From positions 1 through 43,596 of IMG/VR virus record IMGVR_UViG_3300037424_001846: a stretch of 43,596 nucleotides of DNA; one strand, written 5' to 3'. Under the pieces are notes generated by a model that searched no databases, was not told where the DNA came from, and saw nothing but the letters and a program-made list of their open reading frames with translations. A program made the translations under genes and the position numbers. The stretch is from a virus. Its lineage: Duplodnaviria > Caudoviricetes. This document shows positions 33,809-42,279 of the stretch, piece after piece (position 1 is the stretch's first letter; every line of letters starts with the position of its first letter).

Positions 33809-34730
33809 TGCAACAATAGGCATTCCGAGCGCAACGTTCTGAATCGGAGTCTGGAAGTGGAGGTACGCATCGGCCGGATGCCTTCTGTAGGATCCCCATC
33901 GCCTGAACAAGCGGGACTCCGACCTCGGCGAGACTTCGTCCTGTTGCGAAACAACTAGCGTGTCGGCCTGGCTCGTGAACTCCATGGGTGATGAACCTCC
34001 TGGCTGTGGCGGTGAGAAAACGCCAGACGGGGTAAAGATCTACTAAGTTGTTGGGTCTACTGGCTGTTCGAGGTCGCTCTCGAACTCGGAATGATGGATG
34101 GCTGGTCCAGGTGCTCCACGCGATACGCTTTCCGAGGGCGATGACCCGGGCGATCCGCCCGGATTTGGTGTTGATGGAGCCGGGGAGTCGGACGAGGCGC
34201 GCCAGATCGGCGCAGGAGGTATCAAGACGACAACCGGCGAACGTTCCGAGGTCACGCTGGGTGTGTAGGAGGAGATGACCCACTCCATCCCGCCATCGGG
34301 CAGCAACGTCTTCTGAAGTAACTGGTATTGGGTCAACAAGAAGCCATGCTTGTGCGCCTCTTCCCGTGTCAACGTAACACGGAGCGAAGTCCCTTCCAAG
34401 GTGATTTTCGACAAGTTGAACGGCCCTCTTTGCGGCGGCTAGCGGATCGCACGTCCCCACATCGACGGGGTCCAAATCGAGGACGATTGCGGTGATATGT
34501 GTGACGTCCTTACTTGAGATGCGAAGGCCATGGGAGCGATTCGAAAAATTCAGGTTGAAGTAGAGGTTGAACCCTCTGGGGGTTAGGGTTTTGGAGATGT
34601 GGGGGAAACTGTCCGATCGGCTGGCGCAACCCCCGATATGTTCGAAGCCTCCGGAAGAGAGGGGGCGCCGTCCCCACCAACGGAGGAAGGGCGCCCCGTC
34701 CGAAACGACCCGCCAGACATCCCTGTCCAT
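33798..34730 (-). CDS. RepB'-type (AEP superfamily) primase with C-terminal PriCT-like domain
   Basis: NLYFNLN, IVLDLD, VDTGRGAQAW, DLARLVRLPGSINTK; C-terminal PGRHASCF...PPLPDSD; GGAGG SD. Confidence 0.82.
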   Translation of the reverse strand: MDRDVWRVVSDGAPFLRWWGRRPLSSGGFEHIGGCASRSDSFPHISKTLTPRGFNLYFNLNFSNRSHGLRISSKDVTHITAIVLDLDPVDVGTCDPLAAAKRAVQLVENHLGRDFAPCYVDTGRGAQAWLLVDPIPVTSEDVAARWRDGVGHLLLHTQRDLGTFAGCRLDTSCADLARLVRLPGSINTKSGRIARVIALGKRIAWSTWTSHPSFRVRERPRTASRPNNLVDLYPVWRFLTATARRFITHGVHEPGRHASCFATGRSLAEVGVPLVQAMGILQKASGRCVPPLPDSDSERCARNAYCCNGA

Positions 34731-35476
34731 GGATCCTCCGCAACGGTGAAGGTGGGGTGATGTTGAAGGGCAGCATGATCCATTACTCGGTTGCCGAGGG
34801 CTTCCATGAAGTTCTGGAGGTGCTGTTGCTCTTGGGAGCCGCGAAGGAGGAGGAGTTCTGTGATGCCGGGCGTTGGGGCACGGCCGATGGCAACGAGTCC
34901 GACCCCCCAGGCGTGGGGGAACTCATACCAGTCCTGGGGAAACATCGACTTCACCTCTTGCCAGACTTTCCAGACCCCGTAGGTGCGTTCGGTGACATAG
35001 ATGTCATGGAAGAGGACGATCCCCTTGTCTGAGAGTTTGGGGAGATAGGTATTGAAGTCGGCTTTGACGTCTTCGTAGAGGTGGCTGGCATCGATGTGGA
35101 GGAGGTCGATCGTGCCGTCCCGGAACTTGGGGGCGGCTTCGAGCGTGGTGGAACGGATGAGTTGGACACGGCCGTATTTCATTGTGGCGAGGTAGGATTC
35201 GAGGTCGATGAGGATGGGGTCGCCGTACTCTCCGCAATGGGAATCTCCGCGGAATGTGTCGATGCCGAAGATGCGGGTTGGAAGGGCGAGTTCCCGGCAG
35301 GCTTGAGCCATGGTGCAGAGAGAGTCGCCGCGGTAGACGCCGAGTTCGACGAGCATTTGGGGGCGAATCAGACTGACGGCTAGAGAGAGAACCGGCATGG
35401 ATGGGTGGTAGTCGCTGACAGTTGTGAGGCGATGGGGGAGCATTGCGACAATGGGGTGGTAGAGGACATTGAACAT
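34583..35476 (-). CDS. Class I SAM-dependent methyltransferase (Methyltransf_24-type)
   Basis: VELGVYRGDS, GIDTFRGD, IDLLHIDASHLYEDVKADF, GIVLFHDI, GVWKVW. Confidence 0.9.
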   Translation of the reverse strand: MFNVLYHPIVAMLPHRLTTVSDYHPSMPVLSLAVSLIRPQMLVELGVYRGDSLCTMAQACRELALPTRIFGIDTFRGDSHCGEYGDPILIDLESYLATMKYGRVQLIRSTTLEAAPKFRDGTIDLLHIDASHLYEDVKADFNTYLPKLSDKGIVLFHDIYVTERTYGVWKVWQEVKSMFPQDWYEFPHAWGVGLVAIGRAPTPGITELLLLRGSQEQQHLQNFMEALGNRVMDHAALQHHPTFTVAEDPWTGMSGGSFRTGRPSSVGGDGAPSLPEASNISGVAPADRTVSPTSPKP

Positions 35477-35478
35477 GG

Positions 35479-36519
35479 TCAGATCCCGTAGCAGAGGCCG
35501 TTATGGATGTAGCCGTAGGAGAGATTGCCGCGGCGGTAGCCGAGGTCGCGGAGGGCGGCACGCTTTCCTTCGGAGAGGTCGGTCAGTTGGGGGCTGGCTA
35601 GGCTGACGAGGCGGCCTCCGGCAGCATAGAGGGCGAAGGTCATCAGGGGACGGAAGATCCCGTGGAACTCCCATCCAGGGAAGATGGTGGGGAGGATGGC
35701 GGCGTAGAAATCAGAAGTTGAAGCAGCCCCGGAACGGAGAGAAATGGATTTTGAAGCAATCCCGGAACGGAGAGAAATGGATAACGATGCACAAGGAGAT
35801 GCGGGGTCAGGGTGGAGCGGAAAGATCGCCGGATCTGGATAGAAAAGCCAGTGATCTCCGGGTTCTGTAGGAACGGGAAAAGACAGTCCAAATCTTGGGT
35901 CGAGAGTTGCATCGATGCGTTCCTCTCGGAGGGAGGGATCTAGGTCGCGCATAGCGATGAGACGATTGTGTTTGATAACAGCGTCTTTCCCTGCGGGGTG
36001 GAGCCGGGCGACTTCGGAGAGGAAGGCAACGTCACCGAACTCGCCTGTTGTAAAGGAGGCGAGTTGGGCGAGGCCCTTCGGGATGACGGCACAAGGGAGG
36101 ATTATCTCTCGGGGGGTGATGATTTCAGATGGGTCATCGGAGTGCCAATGAACAGGAAACGTCATAGCACCGATGGCTCGGAAGAGATGGATCTTCGCGC
36201 CCGGCTCGGGAGGCGAGAGGGCGGAGGTGATGTCGGCGAGGGCGCGGGGGGCTGGGATGAAAGATGGGGGAAGGAGCCAGACTAGGTCGTTGGTGGCAAA
36301 GGGGATGGCTTCGATGAAGGAGTCGTAGGGGGGGCAGGTGTGGTTGATGGAGTCGGTAAGCATCTGGACCTTCACCCCAAGATCGATGGCCGCCGCCGCC
36401 ACCTCGCCCTCTGAGCCGGGGCGGGTGATGAGGATCACCTCTGCGTTCGGGGGAAAGATTTGACTTCGAAGGCTGCGGATGGTGCCGGGAGTGGGGTGAT
36501 GGCAGATGATCGAGATCAT
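35479..36519 (-). CDS. Degenerate GT2-like glycosyltransferase
   Basis: MISII...TIRSLRSQ...EVILI, AIPFATNDLVWLL, GDVAFL follow the GT-A layout, but the DxD position reads PPS; ATGA coupling at 36519. Confidence 0.5.
   Translation of the reverse strand: MISIICHHPTPGTIRSLRSQIFPPNAEVILITRPGSEGEVAAAAIDLGVKVQMLTDSINHTCPPYDSFIEAIPFATNDLVWLLPPSFIPAPRALADITSALSPPEPGAKIHLFRAIGAMTFPVHWHSDDPSEIITPREIILPCAVIPKGLAQLASFTTGEFGDVAFLSEVARLHPAGKDAVIKHNRLIAMRDLDPSLREERIDATLDPRFGLSFPVPTEPGDHWLFYPDPAIFPLHPDPASPCASLSISLRSGIASKSISLRSGAASTSDFYAAILPTIFPGWEFHGIFRPLMTFALYAAGGRLVSLASPQLTDLSEGKRAALRDLGYRRGNLSYGYIHNGLCYGI
35718..35783 (+). repeat. In-frame 33-bp tandem duplication
   Basis: TTGAAGCAGCCCCGGAACGGAGAGAAATGGATT / TTGAAGCAATCCCGGAACGGAGAGAAATGGATA, encoding SISLRSG twice. 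Confidence 0.9.
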
Positions 36520-36836
36520 TCGTCGAGAAGGGCGCGGGCGACTTGGAGGTTGGTTTTGGTCTGTTGGATCTGGAGGTTGAGTTCGTCCCAGCGAGCCTGC
36601 TGTTGGAGCCAAGGGTTCTGGAGAGGGCTAAAGAAGGTGCTGGATGAGGCGGTGGCGGAACTCCAGCCGGAGATTTGGGGAGCGGGGCGGGTGAGATCGA
36701 TGGGGAAGCAGAAGCCGAGCCACTCGATTGGGAAGTCGGTTAGCAAGAGGGCCATCAGGCGCCGGGGATCGGGGGCGGGGGCAATGTTCCAGCGCGCATT
36801 GTTAAGTTGCCGGAGGAGTTCCATATCGGTCTTCAT
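36516..36836 (-). CDS. Hypothetical protein (start uncertain)
   Basis: MKTDMELLRQ...; overlaps the nuclease end and is coupled to the GT2-like start. Confidence 0.55.
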   Translation of the reverse strand: MKTDMELLRQLNNARWNIAPAPDPRRLMALLLTDFPIEWLGFCFPIDLTRPAPQISGWSSATASSSTFFSPLQNPWLQQQARWDELNLQIQQTKTNLQVARALLDE

Positions 36837-37698
36837 ATCGGTCTGGGAGATCGGTGAAAAGGGTTGGGTCGTCCAGGGAGACGAAGCCTCGGCGGACGTC
36901 CCAGTAGGGGGATAGGACGTTGCCGAAGCGGCCTCCGTCCAGTTGTCGATTTTGAACTGGGGCTGCTTCGCCGGAACGGATTTTGTCCATCCGCTCAGAA
37001 AGGATCCGAATGTCTGAAAGGGCATGATCCACCTCGATGGTGCGGATGGGGATGAACTCTTGGATGAAGGCCGAGGCTGGACGCTCGCGGAGGGCCTTCA
37101 TCGAGAGTTTCCGGACGACGTTGAGGATCGTCCCACCATAGTCAGATGCGGGGAGGGAGAAATGGGTTCGGATGAGGTGGGAATAGATGAGTTCGTGGAG
37201 GGAGCGTTCGGCCATGGCGATGAAGATCGGGATGGAGGTGCGATCAGAGATGGTCTTGTATTGGACGTGCCAGATGGTCCCGTCACCCCCGAGGCGGATG
37301 ACCCGGTCGGGTGTGCCGACGAGGGTGTGGGGAGTGCCGGGAAGGGGGGCCGAAAGGGGTTCCTCGATTAGGAGGGTCTCCTCCCCGGCTACGAAGTCGT
37401 TGTAATGGTGGAGGGCGCCGAGGAGGGAGGAACATTGGGAGGTGAACTCTTTGATGATGTCGGTGGTGGCGGACATGGTGATGAGTTCGTCGCGGAGCCG
37501 CACCATCGCCTCCGAGGCGGTTTCGATGGCGCGGGACTTGTCACCGTGGCGGATGAAGTCGGCCATGATGGCGTGCCAGTAGGTGCCGGCATAGAGGGCT
37601 GGTTCGGGGCGATGGGGGACGCGGCGGCGGACGTAGCGGCACCACCAGGTAAATTCGTCCTCTTGGAAGTCCTTGATCTCGGAGACGGAGAGGTTCAT
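36802..37698 (-). CDS. PD-(D/E)XK (Cas4/RecB-like) exonuclease, atypical
   Basis: LSVSEI, ALYAGTYWH, IEEPL, LVGTPDRV, HVQYKT, ELIY; AAGGA SD. Confidence 0.8.
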   Translation of the reverse strand: MNLSVSEIKDFQEDEFTWWCRYVRRRVPHRPEPALYAGTYWHAIMADFIRHGDKSRAIETASEAMVRLRDELITMSATTDIIKEFTSQCSSLLGALHHYNDFVAGEETLLIEEPLSAPLPGTPHTLVGTPDRVIRLGGDGTIWHVQYKTISDRTSIPIFIAMAERSLHELIYSHLIRTHFSLPASDYGGTILNVVRKLSMKALRERPASAFIQEFIPIRTIEVDHALSDIRILSERMDKIRSGEAAPVQNRQLDGGRFGNVLSPYWDVRRGFVSLDDPTLFTDLPDRYEDRYGTPPAT

Positions 37699-37722
37699 GG
37701 GCGTCCTTGCCCCTTCTTGCCC

Positions 37723-37896
37723 TTATGGGCGGAGTGCCTCGATGGCAGAAGCGAATTGAGGGAAGTCTGGGAGGATTGTCTCGGGAATGGTGGTGCGACG
37801 TCCGGTGGCACGCTCCCAGAGAACGGCAATGAAGAGGGTGTTCAGACGTTCGCGCTTCTCTAACTCGGCAAGGCGTTCTTCGATAGTAGTTGTCAT
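37723..37896 (-). CDS. Hypothetical protein (57 aa, MTTTIEERLAELE...)
   Basis: ATGA coupling; short coiled coil. Confidence 0.6.
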   Translation of the reverse strand: MTTTIEERLAELEKRERLNTLFIAVLWERATGRRTTIPETILPDFPQFASAIEALRP

Positions 37897-38036
37897 GGGT
37901 GGAGAGCGTAATGCCAGTTGATGGCAATGAGGAGGAGGCCGATGGCTGCCCAGAACCATCGGCGCTCTAGGAGCCACATAAAGGTGACGGCTGCGACAAC
38001 GCCGGCACAGAAGGCGGAGAAGAGTTGGGGGGTCAT
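37893..38036 (-). CDS. Small two-TM membrane protein (47 aa)
   Basis: ATGA coupling to the SPFH stop; MTPQLFSAFCAGVVAAVTFMWLLERRWFWAAIGLLLIAINW. Confidence 0.6.
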   Translation of the reverse strand: MTPQLFSAFCAGVVAAVTFMWLLERRWFWAAIGLLLIAINWHYALHP

Positions 38037-39244
38037 CGCTTGGAGGTGCCCATGCCCATGTCGAGAGCGAGGTCGCGGGCGGCCTTGATGCCCATGTATT
38101 CGAGCAACTCGTTGCCGCGTGTTGCTGTTCCACTTCCACCGCCGGAAACCACCGTCGGAACCCAATTGCCCTGGTAATTCTTGATGGCGTCGGCATAAAA
38201 CTCCTGCGCCTTCAACCAGGCATCGAGGCGCTTGTCGAGGGCGTTGTCGCCAGCGATGATCGCCCTTCGCTTTGCCCCTTCGCCTTCGCCATCGAGAGTC
38301 ATCTTGATCTTGTTCTTTGCGGCGGCCTGGGCATCTAGATCGGCGACAGCGAGACGCTGTTGGGCGGCGGTGACTTCCTTGGCTTTGATGACTTCCTGGT
38401 CCCACTTCGCCTTCGCGGCATCGGCCATACCCGACTGTTCGGTGGTGATGCGGCGCTGCTCGGCTTGCTTGGCTTCGGCGATGGCTGTTTGAACCGCCAT
38501 CGCCATCTCTTGCTGTTGGCGGATCTGCTTTTCGACGGATTCGTCGTAGGTGATCTCTCGGAGGGAGAGGTTGAAGGTGCGGATCCCGAATTCGGAGAGT
38601 GGGGAACGCTCCTGACGAAGGATTGTGCCACGTTCATCGGCGACGAGTTCGACGACGGAGATTGTTTTCTCTTGGCCGGTGATCGGATCGGGCGCCTTCA
38701 TGTCGATCTTCCGGGTGCGATAGACGCCACGTTGCAACTGGTCCTCGATGTAACTGAGGAGGTCGGGGCGGCGAACGGCGTAAGACTCTGTGGAACTCAT
38801 CAAAGGGCCGGTCATGTAGACGCAGCGTTCGGCGGAGGGTCGGATGAGTTGGTTGGCAATGCCCTCCTCGGAGCCGTATTTCATGTGGAGGGGGATGACC
38901 ATGGAGTCGGCGATGGGCATCTCCCAAGCGAAGGAACCATAGGCGAAGGCGTGGCCGCCGTCGTTGAAACGGACGCGGAGGCCGGAATTGATCTCCCTTT
39001 TCTTATCGACTTCGAGAAAGTTGAATTGGACTCGCTTGTGGTACTTCGTGACGCGGCCGAAGCCCTGCCACTTCCAGCCGGGGGTCTTGTAGACGGAGAG
39101 ATGGCCCGATGGGACGGCTTGAAGGACCATGATCTCGTTGGCATCGACGTCCTCGAAGAGGTTGCCGATCATGGAGAGGACGACAATCAGGGCGATGAGG
39201 GCTCCGCCGGCAAGGAGGAGCCGGGCAAGGATGCGTTCGTTCAT
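38033..39244 (-). CDS. SPFH/band-7 membrane protein
   Basis: N-terminal TM, VRFNDGG, long AEA/AK coiled coil, WVPTVVSGG; GGAGG SD. Confidence 0.88.
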   Translation of the reverse strand: MNERILARLLLAGGALIALIVVLSMIGNLFEDVDANEIMVLQAVPSGHLSVYKTPGWKWQGFGRVTKYHKRVQFNFLEVDKKREINSGLRVRFNDGGHAFAYGSFAWEMPIADSMVIPLHMKYGSEEGIANQLIRPSAERCVYMTGPLMSSTESYAVRRPDLLSYIEDQLQRGVYRTRKIDMKAPDPITGQEKTISVVELVADERGTILRQERSPLSEFGIRTFNLSLREITYDESVEKQIRQQQEMAMAVQTAIAEAKQAEQRRITTEQSGMADAAKAKWDQEVIKAKEVTAAQQRLAVADLDAQAAAKNKIKMTLDGEGEGAKRRAIIAGDNALDKRLDAWLKAQEFYADAIKNYQGNWVPTVVSGGGSGTATRGNELLEYMGIKAARDLALDMGMGTSKR

Positions 39245-39513
39245 TTTGCCTCCGGTGGTTCGGTGGAGTTGTTGGACTTATCCTTGTCCTTGTGGGATTC
39301 GTCGTAGATGTGGGCGGCCTCGTCGAGGAGTCGTTGGACACGGGCTTCCTCTTCTAGGTCGAAGAGGAGGCGCTCGACGAAGGGCTCGCGGTGTTGACGG
39401 AAAGCGGGAAACATCGGGCGCCCCCTCACTAAGGGGAGGATCACTTGGGTGAGGAGGGTGAGGGAGGCGAGCCCGATGAGGACCCACTCTAGGAAGTAGA
39501 GAGCAGACATCAT
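39241..39513 (-). CDS. Single-TM protein upstream of the SPFH gene
   Basis: TM followed by QVILPLVRGRPMFPAFR; ATGA coupling on both sides. Confidence 0.7.
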   Translation of the reverse strand: MMSALYFLEWVLIGLASLTLLTQVILPLVRGRPMFPAFRQHREPFVERLLFDLEEEARVQRLLDEAAHIYDESHKDKDKSNNSTEPPEAK

Positions 39514-39740
39514 CGGATTTCGACGGAGGTGGTGCGAAAGACTCCGGGACTGGGAGGGCCGGTGCGGGGCCACTCGTGGTTACAGTCGGGGCACTTCCAG
39601 GTGTGGATGGAATCGCCGTTGCTGATGCCGATCAAGCGGGAGAAATGGGTGGCATTGCCGTAGAAGTGGCGGGAGGTCTCTGGGATCTCGGCGCCTTGAA
39701 GGGAATTGTGGCAATGGGGGCAGGATTCGGGATCCATCAC
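39510..39740 (-). CDS. Zn-ribbon protein
   Basis: CPHC...FSRLIGI...WKCPDC. Confidence 0.75.
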   Translation of the reverse strand: MMDPESCPHCHNSLQGAEIPETSRHFYGNATHFSRLIGISNGDSIHTWKCPDCNHEWPRTGPPSPGVFRTTSVEIR

Positions 39741-40486
39741 GTCTCGCGGATTGGTTTGTAGGAATTGGCGGCCTTGCCGAAGGTCCAGGCGACGGCCTCA
39801 CGGGCGGTCGTTACGGTGAAGGGGACGCACATCCAGTAGTCCTTGTACTTCAATGGGGCGCCACAGGCGCAGACTTGGCCGATCTTCATCTCGCCCTCTT
39901 TGGCTGCGTGACCACAGGTTGCACAGGGCTCGGGGGTGGAGTTGACGACCTTCACCATGGTAAGGGGTTCGTCGCCGGGGATCTCGGCCTTGTAGAGTTC
40001 GCCGAAGTCGTCGCGGTGGATGGGCTTGAGCCCCAAGCCGGCGATGTATTTGTCCTTGCCGTAGAGGTCGATCAGGATACGGCGCTGCTCGATGTTCTTG
40101 CAGTCGCGGATGAGAGCGACGGGGATCTGATCGGGGGACTCGACAGCGAGCCGGCCGACTTCGATGCCGCGGACGAAGTAGACGCGAAAGCCGTCGGAGA
40201 ACTCCATGGCGGGGCCGGTTTCGTTGTGGAGGCGGCCTTGGTTGTCGAAGCGGGCGTAGACTGGAAAGAAGCGGTCGGTGTCGCCGATGGGAGAGAAGTA
40301 GGTGGCTTGGCGCCAGACCTGGGCGACAGCATTGGAGATGGCCCAGGCGTCAGGGGTACGACGGGGGGAGAAGCGTGGGTTCGTTTGGGGTCCTGCTTCG
40401 GTGCCGTAGGTTGGGAAGAGGTCGAGGGCGGCACGCCGGGCGGCCAGACGAGCGCGATCGCGCTCTGTCATCTTCTCGGGGTTCAT
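39737..40486 (-). CDS. DUF6745-type protein (start uncertain, possibly up to ~40630)
   Basis: GRLHNETGPAMEFSDGF, NIEQRR, VVNSTPEP, VP...TAREAVAWTFG. Confidence 0.75.
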   Translation of the reverse strand: MNPEKMTERDRARLAARRAALDLFPTYGTEAGPQTNPRFSPRRTPDAWAISNAVAQVWRQATYFSPIGDTDRFFPVYARFDNQGRLHNETGPAMEFSDGFRVYFVRGIEVGRLAVESPDQIPVALIRDCKNIEQRRILIDLYGKDKYIAGLGLKPIHRDDFGELYKAEIPGDEPLTMVKVVNSTPEPCATCGHAAKEGEMKIGQVCACGAPLKYKDYWMCVPFTVTTAREAVAWTFGKAANSYKPIRET

Positions 40487-40658
40487 TTCGATGGGCGTGT
40501 TGTCGGTTGCCAAGGACGGATCCTCATGGACGAGACTGGCGACAGCCTCTCGCTCGCTGAGTTGGGATGGCCCTATTCTGAATGACTGGTTTGGGTTGGA
40601 GGGTGGGATCCCCGGATCCCACCCTACCAACTGGTCGATTGATTGAGTCTCGAAGAAA

Positions 40659-41051
40659 CTAGTCCGCGACCTTTCGGGCGCGCTCTTGCTCGTCCTTGGT
40701 GATGGAGCCGTGCTCGTACTCGCGCTGGCGTCCGACCTTCCAAAGGCCAGGCGGAAGAGTGATCGGAGCGTGTTCGGGATGAGTGACAACGGCACCCTCC
40801 GGGGTACGGATGTGAAGGATGAGGTCATCGACGGCAGACTGGTCCTCGGGAGAGAGGAGGACGGTTTCCGTGGCGTCATCGACGATCTCGTGGAAATGCC
40901 CCGTCACTTCGCCCTCTGCGAGGACGATGCGGTCGGGAGGACGGGCGGGATCGTAGCGAAATCCCGCAGGGACTTCCGAGATTTGCTCGAAGAAGATATC
41001 GCCCTGACGGAACTGGAGCGGGGTCTTCTCGGACTTGGACTTCTCGGCCAT
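40659..41051 (-). CDS. His-rich partner of DUF6745-type proteins
   Basis: RQGDI, LAEGEVTGHFH, HPEHAPITLPPG, RQREY; AGGAG SD. Confidence 0.8.
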   Translation of the reverse strand: MAEKSKSEKTPLQFRQGDIFFEQISEVPAGFRYDPARPPDRIVLAEGEVTGHFHEIVDDATETVLLSPEDQSAVDDLILHIRTPEGAVVTHPEHAPITLPPGLWKVGRQREYEHGSITKDEQERARKVAD

Positions 41052-41061
41052 GATGCTCCTC

Positions 41062-41352
41062 CTAGTTGATGCGGGTGGGTGGTGGCGGTGGCTCTGGATC
41101 GTTAGATGTGTCGAACATCTGAACGGTCCAGGGTTTTTCTTTGTTCAATTCGGCGGCGATCTGGGCGGTGTGGCTGGAGATGATGGTTAGCAAGAGAGAT
41201 TCGATGAGGGAAGAGGGCATTTCCTGCGGAAATGCCCTAGCGATCTCGATGTCGAGGCGGAAGTGGGTCGGGGAAAGGAGTTCGTAGGAGAGTTCCATGC
41301 CGGTTTCGCCAGAGAAGGCTTTGGCGTCGGACTTGCTTGGCTTGTCAGGCAT
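41062..41352 (-). CDS. Hypothetical protein
   Basis: GAGGAG SD before MPDKPSK. Confidence 0.65.
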   Translation of the reverse strand: MPDKPSKSDAKAFSGETGMELSYELLSPTHFRLDIEIARAFPQEMPSSLIESLLLTIISSHTAQIAAELNKEKPWTVQMFDTSNDPEPPPPPTRIN

Positions 41353-41387
41353 TTTTGCTCCTCGGTTTTGGTGGCCGGCCCGACAGG

Positions 41388-41417
41388 CTTCTCCAGGGGC
41401 CAGAGCCCCTGGAGAAG
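41388..41417. repeat. Perfect 13-bp inverted repeat
   Basis: CTTCTCCAGGGGC-CAGA-GCCCCTGGAGAAG. Confidence 0.8.
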
Positions 41418-41507
41418 GGAGAGGGCTGGGTGGGGCTGCGGAGGCCCCTAGGTCGGTGTCCCTCTCCATCACGGCGCCGTAGTTTCGCCGTGTTTCTGAA
41501 TGGTGAG

Positions 41508-41537
41508 ATGCTACGGGATTTGGGTGGGATTCGTCAA
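41508..41537 (-). promoter_or_regulatory. Putative sigma70-type promoter
   Basis: TTGACG-18 nt-TAGCAT on the minus strand, preceded by AAAAA. Confidence 0.6.
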
Positions 41538-42019
41538 TTTTTCAGTGGCCCCTCATCTGCGGTTGGATCGCCGAGATTGATGAGTTCCCATTGGTCGGAA
41601 CCGTCGGCATCACCGGCTTCAGGGGTGTCGGGATCTCCGATCATAGCGTCGAAGGTGTCGGTGGGATCGCCGAGATAGCGTGCCGTGGGCGGTTCGTCGG
41701 ATGGGGTGCCGTCTGGGTCGTCCGTGCAGTCGCGTCCGTGGCCTTCAGGGAGAGGGCCGATGAAGCCGCAGGGGTAGTCGAGCACCATGATGACCTTGAC
41801 GGTGACGCCGTTCACCGACCAGCGCCCGGTCGGATCGTTCTGGACTAGGGCCTTTTGCATTTGCCCTTCGATCTCGATCCAGGCGATAGAAGCGCCTGCG
41901 GGGATAGCGGTGAGTTGGTCCTGAGTCACTGGGGGCTTGACCAGGGAACCTGTGTCGCAGCCTGGGAGGGCGAGGAAGCAACTGAGGAGGAAGAGGTACG
42001 AAAGGGCGCGCCGGAACAT
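41534..42019 (-). CDS. Lipoprotein with acidic C-terminus
   Basis: AAGGAGG SD; MFRR, hydrophobic core, lipobox LPG-C. Confidence 0.8.
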   Translation of the reverse strand: MFRRALSYLFLLSCFLALPGCDTGSLVKPPVTQDQLTAIPAGASIAWIEIEGQMQKALVQNDPTGRWSVNGVTVKVIMVLDYPCGFIGPLPEGHGRDCTDDPDGTPSDEPPTARYLGDPTDTFDAMIGDPDTPEAGDADGSDQWELINLGDPTADEGPLKN

Positions 42020-42041
42020 GGTGGAGCCTCCTTCTAAGGAG

Positions 42042-42068
42042 AGACCAGGGGGACGATCCCCCTGGTCT
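42042..42068. repeat. Perfect 12-bp inverted repeat
   Basis: AGACCAGGGGGA-CGA-TCCCCCTGGTCT. Confidence 0.8.
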
Positions 42069-42126
42069 TTGAAGGGATGCGGATTAGGAGGGGCGGGTTC
42101 GGGGTTTCTTTCGGCTGGAGTGGGTG

Positions 42127-42279
42127 TCACGGCTTCGGCTCCTTCCAGCCGACCGCGAAGAACAGCGGCCCGATAACCACAACGTGCGCCCGAATGTAGA
42201 TGCCAGCCTCAAGCATGAACGCCATCGCCTTGGAGAGCGGGTAGTACGGCCAGACTGCGAATCTCGGCCATGAGTTCAC
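42127..42279 (-). CDS. Small hydrophobic protein (50 aa), absent from the ORF track
   Basis: GTGA coupling, GGAGGGGGAG leader; MNSWPRFAVWPYYPLSKAMAFMLEAGIYIRAHVVVIGPLFFAVGWKEPKP. Confidence 0.5.
   Translation of the reverse strand: MNSWPRFAVWPYYPLSKAMAFMLEAGIYIRAHVVVIGPLFFAVGWKEPKP

Noticed and set aside
33809-33985. N-terminal half of the 33653..33985 ORF
   Set aside because: Lies inside the primase C-terminal domain; only the part from ATG 33808 was kept
36822-36844. Short duplication CATATCGGTCT x2
   Set aside because: Two 11-nt copies inside overlapping coding sequence; only makes the start codon ambiguous
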